This document shows positions 27,011 through 37,632 of a DNA stretch of 63,763 nucleotides, one piece after another. Origin of the DNA: Oscillospiraceae bacterium. Lineage in GTDB: Bacteria > Bacillota > Clostridia > Oscillospirales > Oscillospiraceae. The stretch's first letter is position 1. Each line of letters opens with the position of its first letter. The stretch lies in NCBI GenBank assembly GCA_016297855.1, contig JAEDFW010000001.1, positions 1 through 63,763 of the forward strand, written 5' to 3'. A model generated the notes under the pieces. That model saw only the letters and a list, made by a program, of their open reading frames with translations, was not told the origin of the DNA and made no database searches. The position numbers and the translations under genes were made by a program.

Positions 27011-27234
27011 ACGCCATCAGCTCCCAAGCTCAGTATGTCCGTTTTTCATAGCTGTATGCGCGGCATACAACGGGCGCAAACTCTTTTCGAGACACGAAAG
27101 AATGATATTCACAAATTATTCCCAAAATAATTGACAGCCATGATATAATACGATATTAGGAAAAAAGTATACTGTCCGCAGTATGCCCAATGGGCGTATG
27201 CGCCGGTTTTGTCCGTTATGCAGGGAGGAAGCTT

Positions 27235-29748
27235 ATGTCTGAGCGAGAAAACAGAACACCCGAGCGCAGTTCCGGCCGCGCAAGACACGTATTTGGCGTG
27301 ATCGGGAAGGTATTCGGCACGATACTGCTGGTGTGTTTCCTGACAGCGCTGATCTTTACGTGCCTGTTTGCGCTGTATTTCAAGAATGATCTTTCTCAGC
27401 AGGTCGATTTTTCCATCGAGGGCTTCTCACTCGATCAGACCTCTGTCATCTATTACGAGGATCCAAAAACGGGGCAGGACGTCGTTTTGCAGAAGCTCTA
27501 CGGCGGCGCCAACCGCACCTGGGTTCAATATGAGGATCTGCCGAAAAATCTGATTCACGCGTGCATCGCCATCGAGGACAAGCGTTTCATCGACCATCAG
27601 GGCGTGGACTGGCTGACGACGATGAAAGCGTGCGTGGGCATGTTCTTCGGCAACGGCAGTGCCGGCGGCTCGACCATCACGCAGCAGCTCATCAAAAATA
27701 TCACAGGCAACAAGGAGATCACCGTTCGCAGAAAACTCGTGGAGATCTTCACTGCGCTGGAGTTTGAAAAGGATCACACCAAAGAAGAGATCATGGAGCT
27801 GTATCTCAATATCATCGCGCTGGGTGAAAACTGCTCAGGCGTGCAGTCGGCGTCGCAGGTCTACTTCGGCAAGAATGTGGAGGAGCTGGATCTGGCCGAG
27901 TGCGCGTCGCTCATCGGCATTACAAACAACCCCTCGATCTATGACCCATATATCAATCCCGAAAAGAATAAGGAGCGGCAGGAGATTATCCTCTATCAGA
28001 TGCTCGATCAGGGTTATATCAACCAGCAGCAGTATGACGCGGCTGTAGCCGAGGAACTGGTTTTCCGCAACACCAGCGGCGAAAGGAACACTGACGGCAG
28101 CGAGGAATACTATTCTTATTTTGAGGATCAGGTCATCCGCGACGTGGTCAGCGATCTGTGCGAAAAGACCGGGTATGAATACGATATTGTCTACAAGATG
28201 ATCATGACCGGCGGATACTTGATCTACAGCACGTATGATCCCGACGTGCAGGCGGTTGTGGACAAGGTGTATCAGGATCTTTCCAACATCCCGAATACGG
28301 CAAGCTCCCAGCAGCTGCAGTCGGCCATTGTCGTGTGCGACAATAAAACGGGCGACGTGATTGCAATGGCAGGCGGCGTAGGAGAAAAAGAGGGAAGCCT
28401 CACCTGGAACCGCGCTACGCAGAGCTATCTCTCGCCGGGCTCGACCATCAAGCCTGTCTCAATCTATGCACCGGCTTTGGAGCTGGGGCTCATTTCGCCT
28501 GCCAGCGTCTATGACGACACACCCTACTCCTTTACTGACGATTCCTACTGGCCGAAGAACTCGGATTCGACGTATCGCGGCCTTGTGACTATCAACGAGG
28601 CCATGTGCCAGTCGCTCAACACCGTGCCTGTCAAACTGGCGGCCGAGATGACACCGGAATACTGCTATACGTTTGCCAAGGATAAGATGGGCCTGAGCAC
28701 GCTGGTGTCGGATTATGTGACTGCAAGCGGTGCGGTGCTCTCCGACGCAAACCTTGCGCCCATGGCGATGGGCGGACTGACGAACGGCGTGACCGTGCGC
28801 GCAATGACGGCGGCCTACGCCACGTTTGCCAACGAAGGCGTCTACCGTGAGGCACGGACGTATACCAAAGTTGTCGACGCCAGCGGACAGGTTGTTCTGG
28901 ATAACACACAGTCGTCGCATGTGGCCATGAAGGACATGACGGCGTGGTATATCAACGATATGCTGGAAAACACCGTGGCCTATGGCACCGGTACCGCTGC
29001 GCAGCTGAGCGGCATGACCGTGGCCGGAAAGACCGGCACGACCACCAGCGACTTTGACCGCTGGTTTGCCGGTTATACGCCGTATTACACGGCAGTGGTC
29101 TGGTGCGGCTATGATGACCCGGAGGAGGTCGTCCTGACGGATTCGACGACAAATCCTGCCATCGTACTGTGGAAGAAGGTCATGGAGCAGGTGCATGACG
29201 GTCTTGCCGACAAGCCGTTTGCACGGCCGACCAATGTGGTCGAGTGTACGGTTTGCAGCGAGAGCGGACTGCTCCCCACCGACGCGTGCTATGCCGATCC
29301 GCGCGGCAACTGCGTCATTCAGATGCAGCTGAGTCTTTATGATGTGCCGACGCAGAGCTGCAATGTGCACAAAATGGTGGATATCTGCAAGGAATCCGAC
29401 CATGTGGCCAACGAATACTGCGCACTGGTTGAGGGCAACGAGACGTATGAGGTGGGCCTGCTGGATCTGGTCAGAGCATTCCCGTTGCGCGGGATTGTGG
29501 TGCTTGATCAGGCGTATGTGCTGTCTTCCGTGCAGGTGCCCGCAGGCTACTATCCAGCCGTATCGCCTGACGTGGATGCCATCAGCGTCGAGTGCTATAT
29601 CCACGACGAGGACGATTTGCCCGAGGACGAGGAAGAGGATAAACAGATGAGCGACTGGATCTCCGATCTGCTCGGCGGCCGTGATCAAAGCGGCAGCGAG
29701 AACGACGGCTGGTCGGATCACAGCGGTATGGATACGGCGAATCCGTAA
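27235..29748 (+). CDS. Class A penicillin-binding protein (PBP1A, transglycosylase-transpeptidase)
   Basis: IEDKRF..HQGVD, GGSTITQQL, RKLVE and YLN; SPGSTIKP (SxxK), SLN and KTGT; Cys/His-rich acidic tail. Confidence 0.95.
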   Translation: MSERENRTPERSSGRARHVFGVIGKVFGTILLVCFLTALIFTCLFALYFKNDLSQQVDFSIEGFSLDQTSVIYYEDPKTGQDVVLQKLYGGANRTWVQYEDLPKNLIHACIAIEDKRFIDHQGVDWLTTMKACVGMFFGNGSAGGSTITQQLIKNITGNKEITVRRKLVEIFTALEFEKDHTKEEIMELYLNIIALGENCSGVQSASQVYFGKNVEELDLAECASLIGITNNPSIYDPYINPEKNKERQEIILYQMLDQGYINQQQYDAAVAEELVFRNTSGERNTDGSEEYYSYFEDQVIRDVVSDLCEKTGYEYDIVYKMIMTGGYLIYSTYDPDVQAVVDKVYQDLSNIPNTASSQQLQSAIVVCDNKTGDVIAMAGGVGEKEGSLTWNRATQSYLSPGSTIKPVSIYAPALELGLISPASVYDDTPYSFTDDSYWPKNSDSTYRGLVTINEAMCQSLNTVPVKLAAEMTPEYCYTFAKDKMGLSTLVSDYVTASGAVLSDANLAPMAMGGLTNGVTVRAMTAAYATFANEGVYREARTYTKVVDASGQVVLDNTQSSHVAMKDMTAWYINDMLENTVAYGTGTAAQLSGMTVAGKTGTTTSDFDRWFAGYTPYYTAVVWCGYDDPEEVVLTDSTTNPAIVLWKKVMEQVHDGLADKPFARPTNVVECTVCSESGLLPTDACYADPRGNCVIQMQLSLYDVPTQSCNVHKMVDICKESDHVANEYCALVEGNETYEVGLLDLVRAFPLRGIVVLDQAYVLSSVQVPAGYYPAVSPDVDAISVECYIHDEDDLPEDEEEDKQMSDWISDLLGGRDQSGSENDGWSDHSGMDTANP

Positions 29749-29777
29749 TCAATGAAAGAGAGTAACTGGAGAGAACT

Positions 29778-30641
29778 ATGTGGTTAGCTGATCAATGGAA
29801 GGATTATGAGGTGATCGATACCTCCAGCGGTGAAAAGCTTGAGCGCTGGGGAAAGTATGTGCTCGTGCGGCCCGATCCGCAGGTCATTTGGTCGACACCG
29901 AAAAGCGATCCGCTCTGGAAAAACTACGACGCTATATATTCCCGATCCTCTTCGGGCGGCGGAAAGTGGTCGAATCTGCGTTTGCCGGAGGTCTGGCAGG
30001 TGCGGTATGGCGAGCTGACCTTCAATGTCAAGCCCATGAATTTTAAGCACACGGGCGTGTTTCCCGAGCAGGCAGCGAACTGGGACTTCATTATGGACCG
30101 TATCCGCGGCGCCGGAAGACCCATACAGGTTCTGAATCTGTTCGCCTATACGGGCGGCGCGACGCTGGCTGCAGCGGCTGCCGGGGCGAGCGTTTGTCAC
30201 GTTGATGCGGCAAAGGGCATGGTCGCCTGGGCCAAGGAGAATGCGCGCGCATCCGGATTGGCAGACAGGCCCATCCGTTGGATCGTGGACGACTGCGCGA
30301 AATTTGTCGAGCGGGAGATCCGCCGCGGCAGAACATATGACGCCATCATTATGGACCCGCCGTCATACGGCCGCGGGCCATCGGGCGAAATCTGGAAGCT
30401 GGAAGAAAATCTGTATCCGTTCGTCCAGCTGGTCAGCCGCGTGCTGTCCGACAATCCGCTGTTCATTATTATCAATTCGTATACCACGGGGCTGGCACCG
30501 TCAGTTCTGGGGTATCTGCTCAATACTATCGTTTCCACACGTTTCGGCGGGCACACAGACTGCGACGAGCTGGGGCTGCCTGTGACCGACAGCGGCCTGG
30601 CGCTTCCGTGCGGCAGCACGGGCAGATGGACGAGAGAATAG
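29778..30641 (+). CDS. Class I SAM-dependent methyltransferase (RlmI/RlmK-related family)
   Basis: KHTGVFPEQ, VLNLFAYTGG, HVDA and MDPPSYG. Confidence 0.88.
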   Translation: MWLADQWKDYEVIDTSSGEKLERWGKYVLVRPDPQVIWSTPKSDPLWKNYDAIYSRSSSGGGKWSNLRLPEVWQVRYGELTFNVKPMNFKHTGVFPEQAANWDFIMDRIRGAGRPIQVLNLFAYTGGATLAAAAAGASVCHVDAAKGMVAWAKENARASGLADRPIRWIVDDCAKFVEREIRRGRTYDAIIMDPPSYGRGPSGEIWKLEENLYPFVQLVSRVLSDNPLFIIINSYTTGLAPSVLGYLLNTIVSTRFGGHTDCDELGLPVTDSGLALPCGSTGRWTRE

Positions 30642-30650
30642 AGGCTGCGC

Positions 30651-31529
30651 ATGGAAAATCAGGCAATTACGGTTAAGAAACTGGTCTATACTTACCCCAA
30701 TCCCGATGGCCGCGAGGGTATTCAGGTGTTTCAGGGACTCGATCTTTCCATCGAGCAGGGGAGCTTTGTCGCGGTGCTTGGCCACAATGGCTGCGGCAAA
30801 TCGACGCTGGCCAAGCATTTTAACGCCATTTTGCTGCCGCTGGGCGGCAGTGTGCACGTCTACGGGATGGACACGCTGGATGAAAACCTGCTGCTGGCTA
30901 TCCGCCAGCAGGTGGGCATGGTATTTCAGAATCCCGATAATCAGATCGTGTCCAACGTCGTTGAGGAGGACGTGGCTTTCGCGCCTGAGAATCTCGGTGT
31001 GCTGTCCGATGAGATCCGTACACGCGTGGACGACGCGCTCAAGGCCGTGGGTATGTATGAATACCGCAAGCACGCGCCGCATCTGCTCTCGGGCGGTCAG
31101 AAGCAGCGCATCGCCATCGCGGGTGTGATCGCCATGCAGCCGAAGTGCATCGTGCTGGACGAACCGACGGCGATGCTCGATCCGCGTGGCCGGCAGGAGG
31201 TGCTGCAGACCATTCTGCGGCTCAACCGCGAGTCAAAGATCACGGTGGTGCTCATCACGCACCATATGGACGAGGCTGCGCTGGCCGATCGCGTCGTCGC
31301 CATGGCGAGCGGCAAGATTGTTGCCGACGGCACGCCGCAGCAGGTCTTCTCGCAGGTGGAGCTGCTGGATAACGTGGGACTCAGTGTGCCTGAAACGACG
31401 CAGCTGCTTTACCGGCTGCGGCAGGCGGGCGTTGATGTGCCGCTCAGCGCGCTTTCCGTGGAGGACTGCGCGAAGGTCATCTATGACTGCCTGCAGCATA
31501 CCCCGAAGAATCGGAGGACAAGCCAGTGA
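30651..31529 (+). CDS. ecfA1: ECF transporter ATPase EcfA1
   Basis: GHNGCGKST, FQNPDNQ, LSGGQKQR and LDEPTAMLDP. Confidence 0.95.
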   Translation: MENQAITVKKLVYTYPNPDGREGIQVFQGLDLSIEQGSFVAVLGHNGCGKSTLAKHFNAILLPLGGSVHVYGMDTLDENLLLAIRQQVGMVFQNPDNQIVSNVVEEDVAFAPENLGVLSDEIRTRVDDALKAVGMYEYRKHAPHLLSGGQKQRIAIAGVIAMQPKCIVLDEPTAMLDPRGRQEVLQTILRLNRESKITVVLITHHMDEAALADRVVAMASGKIVADGTPQQVFSQVELLDNVGLSVPETTQLLYRLRQAGVDVPLSALSVEDCAKVIYDCLQHTPKNRRTSQ

Positions 31530-32395
31530 CCCCAATCATCGAATTGCAAAATGTTTCACATATCTACAGCCCCGGTACGCCGTTTGAACATGCGGCGCTG
31601 CGGAATGTGAGCCTTTCCATTGCCCCGGGCGAGTTTGTGGGTCTCATCGGCCACACCGGTTCGGGAAAATCGACGCTCATCCAGCATATGAACGGGCTGC
31701 TGAAGCCCACGGAAGGAAAGGTGTTTTTTGGCGGCGAGGATATCTGGAAGGATCCGAAGTTTACCCGCCAGACGCGCTTTAAGGTGGGACTGGTGTTTCA
31801 GTACCCGGAGTACCAGCTCTTTGAAGAGACGGTATACAAGGACATCGCGTTCGGGCCGAAAAACATGGGCCTTTCTGAGGATGAGATCCGAGAGCGTGTC
31901 TACCGCGCGGCGGGTTTTGTAGGCATTGAAAAAGAAAATATGGAAAAATCGCCGTTTGACCTCTCCGGCGGTCAGAAGCGGCGTGTGGCGATTGCGGGTG
32001 TGATCGCTATGGAGCCGGATGTGCTGATTCTGGATGAGCCGACGGCAGGTCTGGACCCCGTGGGCAGGCAAAGTATCCTGCAGAACATCCGCGACTATCA
32101 GAAGGCGCAGAACGCAGCCGTCATCATGGTCAGCCACAGCATGGAGGAGATCGCCTCGAATGTCGACAGGCTCATCGTCATGGATCACGGTGCACCCGCC
32201 ATGTCCGGAAGCCCGGAAGAGGTCTTCTCACATGCGCAGGAGCTTGTCTCGATGGGGCTCAATGTGCCGCGTGTGACGCAGGTGTTTTTGCAGCTGAAAA
32301 AGCTGGGCGCGGATGTGGACAGTTCGGTGTTCACGGTGGAGCAGGGTGCACAGCAGCTGCTTTCCATGCTGAAAGGGGGCGGCCGCGATGCTTAA
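31526..32395 (+). CDS. ecfA2: ECF transporter ATPase EcfA2
   Basis: YSPGTPFE, GHTGSGKST, FQYPEYQLFEE and SPFDLSGGQKRR. Confidence 0.95.
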   Translation: MTPIIELQNVSHIYSPGTPFEHAALRNVSLSIAPGEFVGLIGHTGSGKSTLIQHMNGLLKPTEGKVFFGGEDIWKDPKFTRQTRFKVGLVFQYPEYQLFEETVYKDIAFGPKNMGLSEDEIRERVYRAAGFVGIEKENMEKSPFDLSGGQKRRVAIAGVIAMEPDVLILDEPTAGLDPVGRQSILQNIRDYQKAQNAAVIMVSHSMEEIASNVDRLIVMDHGAPAMSGSPEEVFSHAQELVSMGLNVPRVTQVFLQLKKLGADVDSSVFTVEQGAQQLLSMLKGGGRDA

Positions 32396-33191
32396 GGATA
32401 TCACGCTCGGCCAGTATTTCCCGGGTACGTCGGTCATCCACAAACTTGACCCGCGTACCAAGCTGGTCTGGGTGATCGTGTATATCATTGCGCTGTTTCT
32501 GGCAAAATGGTTCGTCTCCTATGCGCTGGTGCTCGTGGTGCTGGCATCGATCATCGCCACATCAAAAATTCATCTGAAAGTGATCCTGCGCGGCATGAAG
32601 CCGCTGCTGCTCATCATTCTGCTCACGGCGTTTCTGAACCTGTTTTACTCGCAGGGCGACGTGGTGGCGCAGTTCTGGATCTTTAAGATCACACGACAGG
32701 GCATAAGAAACGCCATATTTATGATGTTGCGCATCACGATGCTGGTGGCCGGAACGTTTATGCTGACGTATACGACGTCGCCCATCGCGCTGACAGACGG
32801 ACTGGAAAACCTTCTGGGACCGCTTAAGAAGCTGCATGTTCCGGTGCATGAGCTGGCGATGATGATGTGCATCGCACTGCGTTTTATCCCCACGCTCATT
32901 GAAGAAACGGATAAGATCATGTCGGCGCAGAAGGCAAGGGGCGCGGATTTTGAATCGGGCGACCTGATTGCCCGCGCCAAGGCGATGGTGCCGATATTGG
33001 TGCCGCTCTTTATCAGCGCTTTCCGCAGGGCCGATGAACTGGCGACTGCGATGGAGTGCCGTTGCTACCACGGCGGTGAAGGCCGCACGCGGCTGAACCA
33101 GCTGCGCTATGCCGGGAGGGACTATGTGGCCTATGCGCTGGGACTTGCGCTGATTGCGCTCATTGTTGTGCTGCGCACATTCGGGCTGTAA
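32388..33191 (+). CDS. ecfT: ECF transporter transmembrane component EcfT
   Basis: TLGQYFPG..IHKLDPRTK, IALRFIP, AQKARG and AMECR. Confidence 0.95.
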   Translation: MLKDITLGQYFPGTSVIHKLDPRTKLVWVIVYIIALFLAKWFVSYALVLVVLASIIATSKIHLKVILRGMKPLLLIILLTAFLNLFYSQGDVVAQFWIFKITRQGIRNAIFMMLRITMLVAGTFMLTYTTSPIALTDGLENLLGPLKKLHVPVHELAMMMCIALRFIPTLIEETDKIMSAQKARGADFESGDLIARAKAMVPILVPLFISAFRRADELATAMECRCYHGGEGRTRLNQLRYAGRDYVAYALGLALIALIVVLRTFGL

Positions 33192-33209
33192 GGCTGTTTT
33201 GGAGGACGT

Positions 33210-33974
33210 ATGCGGAATATTGCGCTGATTCTGAAATATCTCGGCACGGCCTATCACGGCTGGCAGGTGCAGAAAACGCAGATCACAGTAGGCGAGACGC
33301 TGGAAAAGGCTGCGGCCATGGTGGTGGGCCATCCGGTGCACATGACCGGCTGCGGCCGCACGGATGCGGGCGTGCACGCGCGTGTCTATGTGGCAAATTT
33401 CCGCACCGACGCGCGTATTCCTGCGGATAGGATTCCGTACGCGCTCAATACCCATCTGCCGGAGGACATTGTCGTTACCGGTGCGATGGACGTGCACGAG
33501 GACTTCAACGCCATCGGCTCTTGCGTAAGGAAGGAGTATACCTACCTTATCTATAACTCCCGTATTCGTGATCCGTTTTATGTCAACCGCGCCTGGTTTT
33601 ACCCCAAACACCTTGATGAAGGCGTGATGCAGCGCGCCGCGCAGCAGTTTGTCGGCACGCACGACTTTGCCGCCGTACGTTCGGTCGGCACTGAGGTCAA
33701 AAGCACGGTACGCACCGTATACTATTATGACGTGCAGCGCGACGGAGATTTGATCTCGCTCAAAGTCTGCGCGAATGGTTTCCTCTATAATATGGCACGC
33801 GCGATGGCGGGCACGGTGGTTTACGCCGCCGAAGGAAAATTTGCCCCCGAGCAGGTCGGACAGATACTCCTCGACGGCGACCGCACCGCCGCAGGCCCAA
33901 CGGTGCCGCCGGGTGGGCTTTACATGACGAAACTCTGGTATGATGACGGAAAGGCAGCGTTCGATGTCGGATAA
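33210..33974 (+). CDS. truA: tRNA pseudouridine(38-40) synthase
   Basis: YHGWQ, GRTDAGVHA, GTHDF, NGFLYNM and GPTVPPGGLY. Confidence 0.96.
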   Translation: MRNIALILKYLGTAYHGWQVQKTQITVGETLEKAAAMVVGHPVHMTGCGRTDAGVHARVYVANFRTDARIPADRIPYALNTHLPEDIVVTGAMDVHEDFNAIGSCVRKEYTYLIYNSRIRDPFYVNRAWFYPKHLDEGVMQRAAQQFVGTHDFAAVRSVGTEVKSTVRTVYYYDVQRDGDLISLKVCANGFLYNMARAMAGTVVYAAEGKFAPEQVGQILLDGDRTAAGPTVPPGGLYMTKLWYDDGKAAFDVG

Positions 33975-35127
33975 TGTTTCAAAACTGAATACGAAACGGC
34001 CCGGCAGTGTGGCGAAGCGCGTGGCGGCATTTGCGCTGTTGGCGGTTCTTGTATGCGCGCTTGTGGCGCTGTATGTGTTCCGCGACAGCCTGAATCTTGA
34101 CGCCGTGCGGCGGTTCGTGCGCTATCTGGACGTGAAAAACCAGAATGCGTCCGAGCGTATTACTTTCGACGCGCACAGTGCCAACCAATATGCGGATCTG
34201 CACGGAGCACTGGCCATCGCGTCGGTGTCCGGCCTGCGTGTGTATAGTGATAAGGGCGATGAGCAGGCGGCGGTGCTTGCGTCTCTGGCTGCGCCGCAGA
34301 TTGATTGCGGCGGTAAGTACGCCATGGCGTATGACGCGGGCGGCTACGGTCTTGTTGCAGCGCATGCATCAAAGGGAGAAGTGCTGAACATCTCCACCAC
34401 CGAGCCGATCTTTGACGCGGATATAGCACCGGATGGCAGCATTTGCTATGTCTCGACCGAGAGCGGGTATAAAACCGTGGCGTATGTGTACAATGAACGC
34501 CAGCAGATGATCTACCGGTGGCTCTCGTCGAGCCAGTTTTTGCCGCTGTGCACGGTAAAGAGCGGCGCGAAAACGCTTGCCTGTGTGTCGCTGGGTCAGA
34601 GCGGCGGCATCTATGAAAGCAGTGTTGTTCTGCTGAAAACAGATTCTGACCAGATCGAGAAAACCGTATCGCTCGGAAATGAGCTGATCTACGATCTGGA
34701 GTTTACGGACAATGATACGCTCTGCGCCGTGGGCGAGAACAGCATCAGCTATCTTACATCGAGCGGCGAGCGGATGGGCAAATATGACTATGACGATGCC
34801 TACCTCAAGGACTTTTCCTTTGGCGGAAGCGGATTTTTGACGCTGACACTGAATATGTATAAGGCGGGAAACCGTTACCGCGTGGTGACGGTGGGCACTG
34901 ACGGCGAGGAAATCGGCTCGCTCTCAACCGACGCGCAGATTCTGGACGTGTCCGCAGCCGGCGCCTATGTCGCGGTGCTGACCGCGAAGAATCTGACCAT
35001 CTATAATGCCGCGCTCGAGCAGTATGCCGAGCAGGAGAACACTGGTTCCGCCACCAATGTGGTGATGCGCGACGATGGTTCGGCGATTTTGCTCGGAAGC
35101 GGACAGGGAACGCTGTTTGTGCCGTAA
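33964..35127 (+). CDS. Membrane-anchored beta-propeller protein (DUF5711-like)
   Basis: Single N-terminal TM followed by repeated short beta-blade-like segments; family assignment from memory. Confidence 0.65.
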   Translation: MSDNVSKLNTKRPGSVAKRVAAFALLAVLVCALVALYVFRDSLNLDAVRRFVRYLDVKNQNASERITFDAHSANQYADLHGALAIASVSGLRVYSDKGDEQAAVLASLAAPQIDCGGKYAMAYDAGGYGLVAAHASKGEVLNISTTEPIFDADIAPDGSICYVSTESGYKTVAYVYNERQQMIYRWLSSSQFLPLCTVKSGAKTLACVSLGQSGGIYESSVVLLKTDSDQIEKTVSLGNELIYDLEFTDNDTLCAVGENSISYLTSSGERMGKYDYDDAYLKDFSFGGSGFLTLTLNMYKAGNRYRVVTVGTDGEEIGSLSTDAQILDVSAAGAYVAVLTAKNLTIYNAALEQYAEQENTGSATNVVMRDDGSAILLGSGQGTLFVP

Positions 35128-35254
35128 AAAGTTGCTGCTTTCACCGATAATTGGCGTTTTGTTTTTTCGCAGCGCTGTGGTATACTGGCGCTGATATTGT
35201 TCCAAGCCGGCAGCTGCGCAGCGTGCGGTTGCTGACAGATAAGGAGATACCTGC

Positions 35255-37591
35255 ATGAAACCTACCTATTGTTCCAGATGTAAAAAGAATATTGCCGTAA
35301 TCTTTATCACGAAGCTGGAAAACGGAAAGACCGTGAATGAAGGACTGTGCCTGAAGTGCGCGCGTGAGCTGGGGCTGAAGCCAGTGGACGATATGATGCA
35401 GCGCATGGGACTGACCGACGAGGACATCGAAAGCCTGAACGGCGAGATGAACGAGGCAATGAACGGCCTGGAGGGAATGCTTACCGCGGCAAACAGCGAG
35501 CCGGAGGAGAATGCGGATGATGACGATGACCGCGACAGCCAGACGGCCACGTTCCCGTTCCTCAACAAACTCTTTGCGAACGCGGCAAACAGCGCCGACG
35601 ATCTGCCTGCGCGCAAAGAGGAACGCTCTGAGCAGCAATCGCGCGGCGAGAAGCCTAATGGCCAGAAAAACAAAAAGCATAAATTTCTCGATACCTACTG
35701 CCAGAATCTGACGCAGCGGGCCAGAAACGGCGAGCTGGATAAGATCGTCGGCCGCGAGGTCGAGACCGAGCGCGTTATCCAGATCCTCAACCGCCGGCAG
35801 AAGAACAACCCCTGCCTCATCGGCGAGCCGGGCGTCGGCAAAACGGCGATCGCTGAGGGCCTTGCGCAGCGTATCGCGGAAAAACAGGTGCCGTATAAGC
35901 TGCAGAGCAAAGAGGTCTACCTCATGGACATGACGGCGCTCGTCGCCGGAACGCAGTTCAGAGGCCAGTTTGAAAGCCGCATGAAGGGCCTCATCGACGA
36001 GGTCAAGAAGCTCGGCAACATCATTCTTGTGATCGACGAGGTGCATAATCTGGTCGGCGCGGGCGATGCCGAGGGGTCAATGAACGCGGCGAATATCCTG
36101 AAACCGGCCCTCTCACGCGGCGAGATTCAGGTCATCGGCGCAACGACGTTCACCGAGTACCGCAAGTATATTGAGAAGGATTCCGCGCTCGAGCGACGCT
36201 TCCAGCCTGTCACTGTGAATGAGCCGACGATCGAGGAGTCCATTGCGATCCTGCGCGGTATTGCGCACTACTATGAGGCGTTCCACGGCGTGGAGATTTC
36301 ACCCGAGATCGCGCGGCAGGCGGTCATCCTCTCTGAACGCTACATTACAGATCGCTTCCTGCCCGACAAGGCCATCGACCTCATCGACGAGGCGTGCTCG
36401 GATGTGAATCTGCGCAACAAGACCATCGGAAGGCTGGAGGAGCTGAAAAAAGAGCACGCGGATCTTGACCTTGAGCTGAATATGCTCATGGAAAATGCGG
36501 AAAAAACACAGGCCGATTACGAGCGCATGGCGACGATCAGAAGCCGTAATTTGCAGCTTGATAAGGAAATCGCATTGCTGGAGGAAGAACCCAAGCCCGC
36601 GCTCACGATTGATAATCTGGCCCGCATCATCGAGCTGTGGACAAAAATCCCTGCCAGCAAGATTCGTGCGCAGGAGTTTGAGCAGCTTCAGAATCTGGAA
36701 TCGCGTCTGAAAGAGCATATTATCGGCCAGGACGAGGCTGTGAGCGCCGTTTCTGCCGCGATCCGCCGAAGCCGTGTGGGCATCAGCGCGAAAAAACGTC
36801 CGGTGTCGTTTATTTTCGTCGGCTCGACCGGCGTGGGAAAGACGGAACTGGTCAAGTGCCTTGCCAATGAGCTGTTTGAATCGGTTGAGTCGCTGATCCG
36901 GCTGGACATGTCCGAGTACATGGAAAAGCACAGCGTATCCAAGCTGATCGGTTCGCCTCCCGGTTATGTCGGTTATGACGAGGCGGGGCAGCTGACGGAA
37001 AAGATCCGCCGCCGTCCGTATGCCGTTATCCTGTTTGACGAGCTGGAAAAGGCACACCCGGATGTGCTCAACATCCTGCTGCAGATCCTTGACGACGGCC
37101 GTATCACCGACGCACAGGGCCGGGTCGTGAATTTTGAAAACACCGTCATCATCATGACCTCCAACGCAGGCTCTGACCGCAAGGACGGCTCGGTGGGCTT
37201 CGGCCGGACGCTGACGGAGCAGAGCAGGGAAAAGGCCGTCAAAGCGCTTGGCGAATTCCTGCGGCCGGAGTTTATCAACCGTGTCGACGAGGTCATCTGC
37301 TTCAACAAGCTCTCGGAGGAGAATTTCCGGGGCATCGCCGGTATCATGCTGCGTGAGCTGAAGCAATCGCTGAACGAGAGAGGCTTCGACTTTAGCTGGG
37401 ACGAGCGTTTGCTGGCGTACCTGGTGGAGAAATCGTACTCCGTGGCCTACGGCGCGCGTAATCTGCGCCGCATCATTCAAAAGGATGTGGAGGATCCCAT
37501 CGCCCAGCGGATCATCGAGAGCTTTGTCGAGCCGCTGCACGCCATCCATGTGACTGTGGATAGCGGCAAGGTGGCGCTGGAGACGAACTGA
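35255..37591 (+). CDS. ATP-dependent Clp protease ATP-binding subunit (ClpE/ClpC-like, N-terminal Zn finger)
   Basis: CSRC...CLKC; KNNPCLIGEPGVGKT, DSALERRF, GSTGVGKT, RLDMSEYME, GSPPGYVGY and GARNLRR. Confidence 0.93.
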   Translation: MKPTYCSRCKKNIAVIFITKLENGKTVNEGLCLKCARELGLKPVDDMMQRMGLTDEDIESLNGEMNEAMNGLEGMLTAANSEPEENADDDDDRDSQTATFPFLNKLFANAANSADDLPARKEERSEQQSRGEKPNGQKNKKHKFLDTYCQNLTQRARNGELDKIVGREVETERVIQILNRRQKNNPCLIGEPGVGKTAIAEGLAQRIAEKQVPYKLQSKEVYLMDMTALVAGTQFRGQFESRMKGLIDEVKKLGNIILVIDEVHNLVGAGDAEGSMNAANILKPALSRGEIQVIGATTFTEYRKYIEKDSALERRFQPVTVNEPTIEESIAILRGIAHYYEAFHGVEISPEIARQAVILSERYITDRFLPDKAIDLIDEACSDVNLRNKTIGRLEELKKEHADLDLELNMLMENAEKTQADYERMATIRSRNLQLDKEIALLEEEPKPALTIDNLARIIELWTKIPASKIRAQEFEQLQNLESRLKEHIIGQDEAVSAVSAAIRRSRVGISAKKRPVSFIFVGSTGVGKTELVKCLANELFESVESLIRLDMSEYMEKHSVSKLIGSPPGYVGYDEAGQLTEKIRRRPYAVILFDELEKAHPDVLNILLQILDDGRITDAQGRVVNFENTVIIMTSNAGSDRKDGSVGFGRTLTEQSREKAVKALGEFLRPEFINRVDEVICFNKLSEENFRGIAGIMLRELKQSLNERGFDFSWDERLLAYLVEKSYSVAYGARNLRRIIQKDVEDPIAQRIIESFVEPLHAIHVTVDSGKVALETN

Positions 37592-37596
37592 GATAC

Positions 37597-37626
37597 AAAA
37601 CCCGCCGACATTGTCGGCGGGTTTTT
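37597..37626 (+). terminator. Intrinsic terminator after the clp gene
   Basis: AAAACCCGCCGAC-ATT-GTCGGCGGGTTTTT. Confidence 0.85.
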
Positions 37627-37632
37627 GTGCAC

